This document shows, one piece after another, positions 19,237-27,290 of a stretch of 64,000 nucleotides of DNA. Position 1 is the first letter of the stretch. Every line of letters starts with the position of its first letter. The notes under the pieces were generated by a model. The model was not told the DNA's origin and made no database searches. It was given only the letters and a program-made list of their open reading frames with translations. The stretch spans positions 226,758-290,757 of the forward strand of contig CAVQGN010000003.1 of NCBI GenBank assembly GCA_963712055.1. The letters run 5' to 3'. The position numbers and the translations under genes were made by a program. The DNA comes from an uncultured Chloroflexia bacterium (GTDB lineage: Bacteria > Chloroflexota > Chloroflexia > Thermomicrobiales > UBA6265).

Positions 19237-19516
19237 AGTTCCTCCAGCATGATCCGTGGCCCGACAATTGGCCGGAACGCGCATACATGGGTTGTTGATC
19301 TCGTACATCGTCTCCCGCAGATGCCCTGAGCCGGGCTACGGGGAGCAATGGTGGTTGGAGCAGCCTCCGCCGATCTACCAACATTAGCGGTTCACGGACA
19401 ACGCTTCCGCAATGTGTAAGCATACGTGACTTGACGCGTTCACGAAAAGGGAATCTCGGCAATACTATGACAAACGAACAAGTCGCATTCACCGGGATCT
19501 CGATCAGAGGAGGACG

Positions 19517-20380
19517 ATGATGCAAACAAGCCAATCCGGCGCTCTTTCAGTCTCCATCGTGCAGTTGAATTCTCGCGACGACAAGTCGCACAACATTCAG
19601 ACCGCGATGTCGTTGATCGACGAGGCCGCTCGAGCGGGTGCTCGATTGATCGTCTTGCCTGAAGTCTGGACCTATCTCGGTCCCGAAGAGGGGAATCGCG
19701 ACAACGCGGAACCGATTCCCGGACCAGTGACCGATCTGCTCGCTGACAAAGCCCGGCAACATGATGTCTACATCCACGCCGGTTCGATTCTCGAATCCCG
19801 ACCGGGAGAACCAAAGGTTTCCAACACATCCGTGGTCATCGATCCATCCGGCGCGATCATCGGACGCTACAGCAAGATTCATATGTTCGATGTCGTGCTC
19901 GATGGCGTCGCGTCATACCAGGAATCGAACACGGTCGCACCCGGGGATGAGATTGTCACGGTTGAGATCGATAGCGTCACCGTTGGTCTGGCGATCTGCT
20001 ATGACCTTCGCTTCCCGGAACTCTTCCGGATTCTGACGCTGCGGGGTGCCGATATCATCATCCTGCCGGCTGCATTCACGATGACCACTGGCAAGGACCA
20101 CTGGGAGGTGCTCATCCGGGCACGGGCGATCGAAAACCAGGTTTTCATGGTAGCCGCCGGCCAGGTTGGTCAGGATTCAGACGGAAAATGGTGCTACGGC
20201 CGCTCGATGATCGTCGATCCCTGGGGTGTGGTTCTCACAACGGCTCCTGATCGAGAAACGATCATTTCCGCCAATATCGAGTTGGAGCAATTGGAAAAGG
20301 TCCGCAAGCAGGTGCCCTCGGTTGCAAACCGCATGCCTGATCGCTATCAGTGGGCCGAGGACGCAATCCCGGTTTCCTGA
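19517..20380 (+). CDS. carbon-nitrogen hydrolase (nitrilase superfamily)
   Basis: Glu-Lys-Cys triad contexts VLPEVW, YSKIHMF and AICYDLRFPE. GAGGAGG RBS. Confidence 0.85.
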   Translation: MMQTSQSGALSVSIVQLNSRDDKSHNIQTAMSLIDEAARAGARLIVLPEVWTYLGPEEGNRDNAEPIPGPVTDLLADKARQHDVYIHAGSILESRPGEPKVSNTSVVIDPSGAIIGRYSKIHMFDVVLDGVASYQESNTVAPGDEIVTVEIDSVTVGLAICYDLRFPELFRILTLRGADIIILPAAFTMTTGKDHWEVLIRARAIENQVFMVAAGQVGQDSDGKWCYGRSMIVDPWGVVLTTAPDRETIISANIELEQLEKVRKQVPSVANRMPDRYQWAEDAIPVS

Positions 20381-20431
20381 TCCAGGATTACGCGGTGGAA
20401 CGCGCTGACAGCGCCAGGAGTCCGAATCGGC

Positions 20432-20788
20432 ATGCTTGACCTCAAACGAACCGTGTCGGTCGCTGCAACATGGCTGGCGACGGGACTCCTGGTTTTCGTA
20501 CTGACTGGGTGCGGTTTTCGGGAGGGGAACAAGAACGAATCAGCGGCGACGCCGACCGCCGACGACATGCTCGTGATCGTCACGCCCACGGTGCAAGCGA
20601 CTTCAACCCCGCGAGTCGAACTGAGCGAATACACTGTCCAGGAAGGGGACACACTCTTGGATATCGCGATTCAATTCGGTGTCACCATTGACATGATCAT
20701 CGCCGCCAATCAGCTCGTCGATCCGAACGCGTTGTTCGCCGGGCAGATCCTGATGATCCCACCCGGCACGCCTGTCTCAGAATCCTGA
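20432..20788 (+). CDS. LysM-domain lipoprotein
   Basis: Lipobox LTGCG after a hydrophobic signal. LysM YTVQEGDTLLDIAIQFGVTIDMIIAANQL. Confidence 0.75.
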   Translation: MLDLKRTVSVAATWLATGLLVFVLTGCGFREGNKNESAATPTADDMLVIVTPTVQATSTPRVELSEYTVQEGDTLLDIAIQFGVTIDMIIAANQLVDPNALFAGQILMIPPGTPVSES

Positions 20789-21208
20789 TCAGTTGTCGGA
20801 TTGCTCAAGCGCGTCAACAACCCTCCGGAGTCGTTCCGAAGCTTCGACCGCGACCGCGCCCAACGCCTCATTGTTCGGAGCAACCCCAAGCATCGCGTTG
20901 GGATCAACGATCGACACGATCGTTTTGCCCTCATGTTCGTGAATAATCACATTACACGGCAGCAGGAGACCGATCTCCGGTTCGGCCTCGATCGCGCGGT
21001 GAGCGAGCCCTGGATTGCACGCCCCGAGAATCACATAAGGATCTCGAACGAGATCGAGTTTTTCCTTCATGGTTGCTTTGACGTCGATTGTCGTCAACAC
21101 TCCGAAACCTTCTGTTTTCAGAGCGGCGGTGGTTTTCTCAACCGCTTCCTCGAACGGAACATCAAGAGCTGTCCCGAAGCCGTAACCAGTACCTAGCGAT
21201 GTTGTCAT
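20789..21208 (-). CDS. DUF302-family protein
   Basis: The 139-aa size and TIDVKATMKEKL...ILGACNPGLAHRAI are recalled as typical of DUF302. Last gene of the sulfur operon. Confidence 0.7.
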   Translation of the reverse strand: MTTSLGTGYGFGTALDVPFEEAVEKTTAALKTEGFGVLTTIDVKATMKEKLDLVRDPYVILGACNPGLAHRAIEAEPEIGLLLPCNVIIHEHEGKTIVSIVDPNAMLGVAPNNEALGAVAVEASERLRRVVDALEQSDN

Positions 21209-21235
21209 GAATTCACTGCCTTTCTGCGTGAAGTG

Positions 21236-21583
21236 TCATTGCCCCTGAACCAGGTCGTGTCCGGCGTTGACCCAAGCGATCAACCCACCGTTCAGGCTCT
21301 TCGCGTCCGTGAATCCTGATCGCTCCAGCATTTCCGCCGCTATCAGGCTACGTCTCCCAGAACGGCAGACAATAATGACCGGTTTCTGCGGATCCAGCTC
21401 GCCTTTGCGAAAGGCGAGCGCATCGAGCGGAATCAATGTTGATTCGGGCAGATGACCGGCCATCCATTCATTTTGCTCGCGACAGTCGACAACCTGCACA
21501 TCGGCATCATTCCGGGCTTCGACCAAGTGCGTCACATCTACCTCGAGCGGATCGAGACCGGTTGAAAAGAGTTTTTTCAGCAT
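21236..21583 (-). CDS. single-domain rhodanese (sulfurtransferase)
   Basis: Active-site loop CRSGRRS. 115 aa. Confidence 0.85.
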   Translation of the reverse strand: MLKKLFSTGLDPLEVDVTHLVEARNDADVQVVDCREQNEWMAGHLPESTLIPLDALAFRKGELDPQKPVIIVCRSGRRSLIAAEMLERSGFTDAKSLNGGLIAWVNAGHDLVQGQ

Positions 21584-21672
21584 TTCGGACGTTTTCCTTC
21601 CACGACCGGAGATGGGTCGGTCATCTCGTCATTCTCGTTCATCTCCCCCGCCGGAGGAGGAAGTGGAACCAT

Positions 21673-21771
21673 TCAGGTTCCGACACCCATCTTCGGCAGG
21701 ATGACCCGCTGCAAAAGGAACCAGCCGCCGACGGCCAACAGAATCGGTAGTGCACCCGCCAGTGATTCCAT
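21673..21771 (-). CDS. candidate 32-aa single-TM peptide (below ORF-track cut-off)
   Basis: MESLAGALPILLAVGGWFLLQRVILPKMGVGT. Its ATG overlaps the TGA of the upstream MBL-rhodanese gene by 1 nt (TGATG). Third-position GC is about 70% by hand count. Confidence 0.35.
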   Translation of the reverse strand: MESLAGALPILLAVGGWFLLQRVILPKMGVGT

Positions 21772-23159
21772 CAGGAGGTCACCACCGGGAGTCCGGCGGC
21801 TTGCCAGGCATCAATCCCGCCATCGACGTTGAGAATATCGCCATAGCCCGCATTCTGAAGAAGACTCGCTGCGACCCGTGAACGGAGGCCGCTCTGGCAG
21901 GTCAAGACAACCGGATCACCGGCGTCGAGCGGCAAGGCTGCTCCCTGAGTGATCCGCCCCACGTAATGATGAACCGCACCATCGATATGACCTTCCCGCC
22001 ATTCCTCGTCCGACCGCACATCCACGACGCGAATGGATTCCCGTTGCTGCAAGGTCTGGAAGAGCTCAGTCGGTTCGATCGACTGGAGCGCCTCGGTTGG
22101 CTGGCCGGCTGCTTTCCAGGCTTCGATTCCACCTTCGAGGAATCCACTAACTGCATCCAGCCCGATCCGGCGGAGTTCGTTGCGATAGAACGCGTATTCG
22201 GCATCATCGGCGAGGAGGAGAATCAGCGGCCGATCGTAGGGAGCAAACCAGCCGATCCAGTTGACGAAATCTGGCTCGCTTCCGGCGAAAAATGAACCGG
22301 GGATGTGGGCAGCATCATAGGCGGATTCGGAGCGTGCGTCGACGATCAACCCACCAGACTCCACGATTTCGGACGCCTCAGCCACGGTCAGCGGCGTTCC
22401 GTCGGGCAGATCGCGCACCAACGCCGGGCCGAGCTTGTTGACCCGCTTCATCGTCGGATAGTAGGACGGAGCGATCGGCATACCGGTCATGACCGAGTCG
22501 ATGAACTCCGGTTCCGACATCGGCCGCAGAGCGTAATTGCCAATCCGCTCGTTGGCCATCGTCGAATGGGGCGCTTCGCCGATCTTCTTGCCACACGATG
22601 ATCCCGCAGTATGGCCCGGATACACGACGACATCATCCTTCAATCGCGGTAGGCGCGTAGCGATCGTTTCGTAGAGCTGATGGGCAAGTTCGCCGGTGTG
22701 AGCTTTTCCGAGGAGATCGGGGCGGCCCACTTCGCCAACGAAAAGGAGATCTCCGGTGAAAAAGGCTACCGGTTCCGGCCGCTGTGCGGGATCGATGAGG
22801 AGAAAGCCGATATGTTCCGGCGTATGTCCAGGGGTCCAGAACGTTTCGAGTAAGAGCGTGCCGAGTGGAACAGTGTCTCCATCATCGAGCGGGGTATGAT
22901 CGAACTCCTGGGCACCCAACCGACTCGAGTAAATGGGCGCGCCAGTGATTTCGGCTAGCTCTAGCGCTCCAGAAACGAAGTCGGCGTGAACATGGGTTTC
23001 GAGAATCGCGGTGATCTCCATGCCCCGCTCATTCGCAATGCGGACGTATTCGTCGACGTCTCGACGCGGATCGATGACCGCCATCTTGCCAGATGACTCG
23101 TCTCCGACCAGATACGCTACCTGGGCGAGACCGGGGGTGAAGACACGTTCGATGATCAT
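21771..23159 (-). CDS. MBL-fold persulfide-dioxygenase-like domain fused to two rhodanese-like domains (CstB-like)
   Basis: Metallo-beta-lactamase motif ETHVHADFVSG. C-terminal rhodanese active-site loop CQSGLRS. 462 aa. Confidence 0.85.
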   Translation of the reverse strand: MIIERVFTPGLAQVAYLVGDESSGKMAVIDPRRDVDEYVRIANERGMEITAILETHVHADFVSGALELAEITGAPIYSSRLGAQEFDHTPLDDGDTVPLGTLLLETFWTPGHTPEHIGFLLIDPAQRPEPVAFFTGDLLFVGEVGRPDLLGKAHTGELAHQLYETIATRLPRLKDDVVVYPGHTAGSSCGKKIGEAPHSTMANERIGNYALRPMSEPEFIDSVMTGMPIAPSYYPTMKRVNKLGPALVRDLPDGTPLTVAEASEIVESGGLIVDARSESAYDAAHIPGSFFAGSEPDFVNWIGWFAPYDRPLILLLADDAEYAFYRNELRRIGLDAVSGFLEGGIEAWKAAGQPTEALQSIEPTELFQTLQQRESIRVVDVRSDEEWREGHIDGAVHHYVGRITQGAALPLDAGDPVVLTCQSGLRSRVAASLLQNAGYGDILNVDGGIDAWQAAGLPVVTS

Positions 23160-23201
23160 AGGTGATTGACCTCCTGTTCCTTGATTCGTTGAGGGTCGGT
23201 T

Positions 23202-23486
23202 CTAGCGTCCAGATCGAACGAGCGCGCGCACCGCTTGTTCAATGGCGGCTTCCTGGGACGGAAACTCGTCCGGATGCTGGAGGCAGCGGAGTGCATACGC
23301 TTCCAGCAGCTCCCCACTAAGTGAATTGACCGCGGCTTTGATGGCAGCGAGCTGGTTGAGAATGTCGACACAGTCACGCCCTTCGTCAACCATCTTCTGC
23401 ACGCCTTTGGCCTGGCCTTCGATTCTTTTCAAGCGCGCCTGCATCTCGGCGCGTTCAGACTCGGGAAGATTCGAGATGCTTGGCAT
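23202..23486 (-). CDS. CsoR/CstR-family (DUF156) transcriptional repressor
   Basis: RLKRIEGQAKGVQKMV...DCVDILNQLAAIKAAV...LRCL. It has the two Cys but Tyr where copper-sensing CsoR has His (x-C-Y-C fingerprint). Confidence 0.8.
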   Translation of the reverse strand: MPSISNLPESERAEMQARLKRIEGQAKGVQKMVDEGRDCVDILNQLAAIKAAVNSLSGELLEAYALRCLQHPDEFPSQEAAIEQAVRALVRSGR

Positions 23487-23554
23487 GATTGATCCTTTCG
23501 CATTTGCTCGCGATTCACAGGTCAAGCGGGCCGACGGCTCGCGAAATTGATGCC

Positions 23555-23752
23555 TCAGCCACCTCCAGAAGGCGCACATCCGGCCGCGTTGCCAGATTTC
23601 TTCATTCCGGTGGTCGCAAACGCGCTCATCTGCCGAGTGGCGGTCAGAGTCTGACACTCGGGACATTCGAGTACGGAGGGACCGGGCATCGTTCTTGAGA
23701 GTTTCTCGAATTGATGCCCACAGGTTTTGCACTTGTAGTCATAGAAGGGCAT
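23555..23752 (-). CDS. FmdB-family zinc-ribbon protein (CxxC...CxxC)
   Basis: MPFYDYKCKTCGHQFEKL...LECPECQ. ATG 23752 is preceded by GGAGAAG. Confidence 0.7.
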   Translation of the reverse strand: MPFYDYKCKTCGHQFEKLSRTMPGPSVLECPECQTLTATRQMSAFATTGMKKSGNAAGCAPSGGG

Positions 23753-23819
23753 GGCTTCTCCATAGACGCAGAGGATGGCAGCCAGGCTGCTATCCAATCC
23801 AATGCACTGTTACGGATAC

Positions 23820-23848
23820 ATTGTACCCTACAGGGGTACCCCATGCAA
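23820..23848 (-). promoter_or_regulatory. sigma70-like promoter with an embedded CsoR-type operator
   Basis: Minus strand reads TTGCAT - 17 nt - TACAAT. The spacer holds the inverted repeat GTACCC-N5-GGGTAC (23823-23839), resembling the recalled GC-rich TACCC..GGGTA CsoR operators. Confidence 0.6.
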
Positions 23849-23902
23849 CCTATTCAGGGCACTTGACTTGCAGGTACGATCGCTCAGTCGGTGAATCCCC
23901 GC

Positions 23903-24883
23903 CTAGCGCCGAACCGCGTTCTTGGCGAAAAAGAGGAGGTTGGCCGGGCGTTCTGCTAACCGCCGCATCAGGTAGTAATACCAGTCAGGACCGTGTGGAG
24001 TGGCAATCAGGACGGTGTAGCCGCGCATGACCAGTTCGCGCTGGAGCTGGCTGCGAATGCCGTAGAGCATCTGGAATTCGAACCGTTCCTTCCCAATCCC
24101 CTGGCGTTCGGTGTAGTTGATCAGATGATCGATAATCCGATCGTCGTGCGTGGCAATACCGGTGTAGGCGATCTCATTCAGCATCCGTTCGGCCAGCGAC
24201 ACAAACTCGCGGTCGACCTCTTTCTTGTCCGAAAACACAATCGAATCCGGTTCGAGATAGGCGCCTTTGACGAGACGCAAATTAGGATTGCCTGGAATCA
24301 GTCGGCTGAGATCATCCTGCGTGCGGAAGAGGTACGACTGCAACACCGTGCCGACATTGTCGTGACCGGCAGCCCGCAAGCGTTCGTAGATCTGCAGCGT
24401 GTCGTCAACCCGCGTCGATTCCTCCATGTCCATCCGGACGAAGTTCGACAAGGTCGCGGCGTGCGACACCACCCGCTCGACATTGCTATAGGCGACATCC
24501 TGGCCCAGGTCGAGACCGAGATGGGTCAGTTTGAGCGCGACATTGCAGGTGACGGCTTCGGCGGCGATCCGATCGAGGATTTCGATGTACTGATCGGCGA
24601 CCCAGTTCGAGGTGGCAACATCCGTGACCGCTTCACCAAGCAACGTCGTATTCGTGCGGAAACCTTGTTCGTTCAGACCGCGGAGAACGGGAATGCAATC
24701 GTCCATGGTTTCGCCGGCCACAAACCGGGAAGCGCCCAGTTGCATCCCGTACTTGCGCACGTTATTGGCGACGAGATCCTGGTTGGTCGCTTTGAGAATC
24801 GCTTTCCGGAAAAGCGGGGTCGCCGACACCGTCGGCCCATGATACTGGTCGGGAGTGAACGCGCCCTGCTGACTTGTTGCCAT
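23903..24883 (-). CDS. proline dehydrogenase (monofunctional PutA-like)
   Basis: LRLVKGAYLEP and FQMLYGIR motifs. Start set at ATG 24883 (MATSQQG). The track ORF extends to 25030. Confidence 0.8.
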   Translation of the reverse strand: MATSQQGAFTPDQYHGPTVSATPLFRKAILKATNQDLVANNVRKYGMQLGASRFVAGETMDDCIPVLRGLNEQGFRTNTTLLGEAVTDVATSNWVADQYIEILDRIAAEAVTCNVALKLTHLGLDLGQDVAYSNVERVVSHAATLSNFVRMDMEESTRVDDTLQIYERLRAAGHDNVGTVLQSYLFRTQDDLSRLIPGNPNLRLVKGAYLEPDSIVFSDKKEVDREFVSLAERMLNEIAYTGIATHDDRIIDHLINYTERQGIGKERFEFQMLYGIRSQLQRELVMRGYTVLIATPHGPDWYYYLMRRLAERPANLLFFAKNAVRR

Positions 24884-25016
24884 CGCCGTCTCACTTTCGT
24901 CACGATACCGTTTGTCGCGGCTCCACTGCCAAAACCCTGATAGCCGGATAGTACCCGGATTGAATGTCCACTTGGAAGGTCGTGGACCGAATCTCGAAAT
25001 TGCGCTACCACCTACA

Positions 25017-25045
25017 TTGACGCCCACCACACTCCGTGCTAGATT
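25017..25045 (+). promoter_or_regulatory. sigma70-like promoter (TTGACG - 17 nt - TAGATT)
   Basis: Hexamers at 25017-25022 and 25040-25045 with a 17-nt spacer, facing the LLM oxidoreductase leader. Confidence 0.4.
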
Positions 25046-25050
25046 CTGTT

Positions 25051-25242
25051 CACCGACCGAGGAACCCGTTCCATTGTGTCGGTGCAGAGTTTCCGTTTAA
25101 CCGAGTAGGGTGAAGGAGGTGATGCCCATGAGTAGTCACGGTAGTACGGGCATCACGGTCGAGGTGATGTCTTTCTAAGTCATCACCACCGTGATGCCCA
25201 AACGCTCGAGGGTCGGTCTTTGGACCGGCCCTCGATGTATTT
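25051..25242 (+). promoter_or_regulatory. structured 5' leader with sORF, mutually exclusive helices and a terminator hairpin
   Basis: GTGATGCCC occurs twice (25119-25127, 25191-25199), both complementary to GGGCATCAC (25148-25156). A 13-bp stem 25206-25218/25223-25235 has a TTTG loop followed by TGTATTTC. The sORF runs 25122/25128-25178. Confidence 0.4.
25128..25178 (+). CDS. candidate leader sORF (16 aa: MSSHGSTGITVEVMSF)
   Basis: GAAGGAGG lies 8 nt upstream of ATG 25128 (an alternative ATG 25122 gives 18 aa). Too short for composition tests. Confidence 0.25.
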   Translation: MSSHGSTGITVEVMSF

Positions 25243-25268
25243 CACCCACCTCTTGAGGACCACGCCCC

Positions 25269-26345
25269 ATGTCCATTGCCATCGGTCTCTTCGATATCGG
25301 CCAGATTGATCCCCTCGATCCCCGCACGCATGGAGAGGTCTATCGCAAACGTCTCGATGATGTCGCGTTCGCTGATGAACTTGGTTTCCGCTACTACTTC
25401 GCCGCCGAACGGCACTACATGCCGGTTTATCGGTTTCCAGCGTCGACCGCCTGGCTTTCAGCAGTCAGCCAGCGGACCAGGCAGATTCGGATTGGCACCA
25501 TGGCCTATACCCTGCCGATCCACCAGCCGGTCGAACTGGCTGAAGAGATCGCCGTGCTCGACTGGCTCAGCGATGGTCGACTCGAGGTCGGTGTCGGTCT
25601 CGGGCATCGCCTGGAGGAACTTCACGTTCTTGGCATGGACATTCCAAACCGAATCCGGATTTTCCAGCAACGGTTGGCAGTGATGGAAGCGCTCTGGAAT
25701 GGCAACGAGGTCTCACTCGATGGCGATCAGACGATTGTCAACAAAGCGGTCATCCATCCCCTTCCCCAGCAGAAACCCCAACCACCAGTCTGGTTTGCCG
25801 GCGGTGATGTCCGGTCCGCTCAATGGGCAGGAAGCGCCGGCTTGAGCCTCGCGCTCGGATTCAAGTTGTCTTCGGACCTGAAACCGGTTGCCGACGCATT
25901 CCGCGAGCAGGCCGCCGTGTATCAAGCAGCCAGCGATGAGGACAGCAAACCCGGCGCCGGCCGGCTGGCGCTGATGCGGCAGGTCTATCTGGCTCCCACC
26001 GATGAACAAGCCTGGAGCGAGATGGCGACCGATCTCATTCGCCTCAACGCTTTCGGTTCTGAAGCACCAGTCGAAATCACACCGGCCGAACGCGAGAAAG
26101 CGACAGAAGCTGTTCACCAATTGATCGCAGACGAGATCTTCATCGCGGGGTCACCTGCCAGCGTCGTCGAGCAGATCACCAGATTCCAGGAAACCATCGG
26201 ATTCGACGTGTTTCCTGGCCAATCCCTATGCGGCCGCGGTCGACGATGCCAGGATCGAGCGCTGCTTCCGATTGCTTGCAACCGAAGTCATACCCGCTCT
26301 CGCCTGAACGAAAACCCGGAAAGCAAACAGGCCGGTCAAGATTGA
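25269..26345 (+). CDS. luciferase-like monooxygenase (LLM) family flavin/F420-dependent oxidoreductase; 3' end apparently frameshifted
   Basis: LLM-typical N-terminus (FAAERHY...AWLSAVSQRT..IRIGTMAYTLPIHQPVELAEEIAVLDWLSDGRLEVGVGLG). The family-like C-terminus is only in the +1 frame and ends at 26307. Confidence 0.8.
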   Translation: MSIAIGLFDIGQIDPLDPRTHGEVYRKRLDDVAFADELGFRYYFAAERHYMPVYRFPASTAWLSAVSQRTRQIRIGTMAYTLPIHQPVELAEEIAVLDWLSDGRLEVGVGLGHRLEELHVLGMDIPNRIRIFQQRLAVMEALWNGNEVSLDGDQTIVNKAVIHPLPQQKPQPPVWFAGGDVRSAQWAGSAGLSLALGFKLSSDLKPVADAFREQAAVYQAASDEDSKPGAGRLALMRQVYLAPTDEQAWSEMATDLIRLNAFGSEAPVEITPAEREKATEAVHQLIADEIFIAGSPASVVEQITRFQETIGFDVFPGQSLCGRGRRCQDRALLPIACNRSHTRSRLNENPESKQAGQD

Positions 26346-26355
26346 CCAGCCTGTT
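26326..26355. terminator. hairpin between the convergent LLM and L25 genes
   Basis: AACAGGCCGGTCAA / TTGACCAGCCTGTT (14-nt arms, 1 mismatch). It overlaps the tail of the in-frame LLM ORF. Confidence 0.45.
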
Positions 26356-26386
26356 CTGCGTTGGATCGCGCCTGGAGTGAAGCAGG

Positions 26387-27040
26387 CTACTCGTCGGAGT
26401 CGCCGCTCTCCTCGTCGCCGGACTCTTCGTCAGCCTCGGCAGCTTCGACTTCGGCTCCTTCTGCGCTCTCGACTTCTTCTCCGGGCTCCGGCTCAACGGA
26501 TTCGGCCGCGATCATGGCGACGAGTTCGTCTTCCGGCGTAACCAGCGTGACATCGCCGGGGATCGTCAGATCACCGACCCGGATGGTGTCGCCGATCTCC
26601 TTCAGAGAGGAGCAATCAACTGTGATCCTGCTTGGCAGAATCGCCGGCAACCCGTGCAACACGATGTCGGACAGGTTGGTCGTGAAGATACCGTCGCCTT
26701 CGGGATGGTGGATAAAGACCAGCGGCACCGAAGCGTCGATCATCTTCTTCAGGTTTGGCGAGAAAAAGTCGACATGAACTGCGTTGCGCCGGATCGGATC
26801 AATCTGAACATCGCGGATGAAGGACGGATATTTCACGCCATCACATTCGAGATCGAAGAGCGTGGCGTGGCCATAGATACGCAGGAACTTCTCGAAATCT
26901 CGCGAATTGACCGACACCTGCACGGTCTCATCGAGTGTCGGTCCATAGACCACACCTGGAACGAGTCCCTGACGGCGCAACGTCTTAACCTTCTTGCCGA
27001 CCACAGATCGCGGTTCGGCCATCAAAGTTGGCTGGCTCAT
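26387..27040 (-). CDS. rplY: 50S ribosomal protein L25 / general stress protein Ctc, with acidic C-terminal tail
   Basis: KVKTLRRQGLVPGVVYGP N-terminal signature. ATG 27040 is preceded by GAGGAG. Asp/Glu-rich tail. Confidence 0.9.
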   Translation of the reverse strand: MSQPTLMAEPRSVVGKKVKTLRRQGLVPGVVYGPTLDETVQVSVNSRDFEKFLRIYGHATLFDLECDGVKYPSFIRDVQIDPIRRNAVHVDFFSPNLKKMIDASVPLVFIHHPEGDGIFTTNLSDIVLHGLPAILPSRITVDCSSLKEIGDTIRVGDLTIPGDVTLVTPEDELVAMIAAESVEPEPGEEVESAEGAEVEAAEADEESGDEESGDSDE

Positions 27041-27290
27041 TAACTGAGTCTCCTCACTTTTACTTCCGCTTCCGAAACGGGCCGTCATCATCAGGACCGC
27101 CGTACCGGGAACATCCCGAACCGACGAACTCTAGCATACGCTCAGACAGCGAACAGATTTCTGGCAAGTGCGAGGATCGCGCCCGGACAGGCGGGGTTTC
27201 AGAATCGACAAAGATCGGTAAACTGTCACAAGTAGCTCAACCAATATGGTGAGTGCAATTGCATATCAACTTCGTCGGAGGAACGTCACG

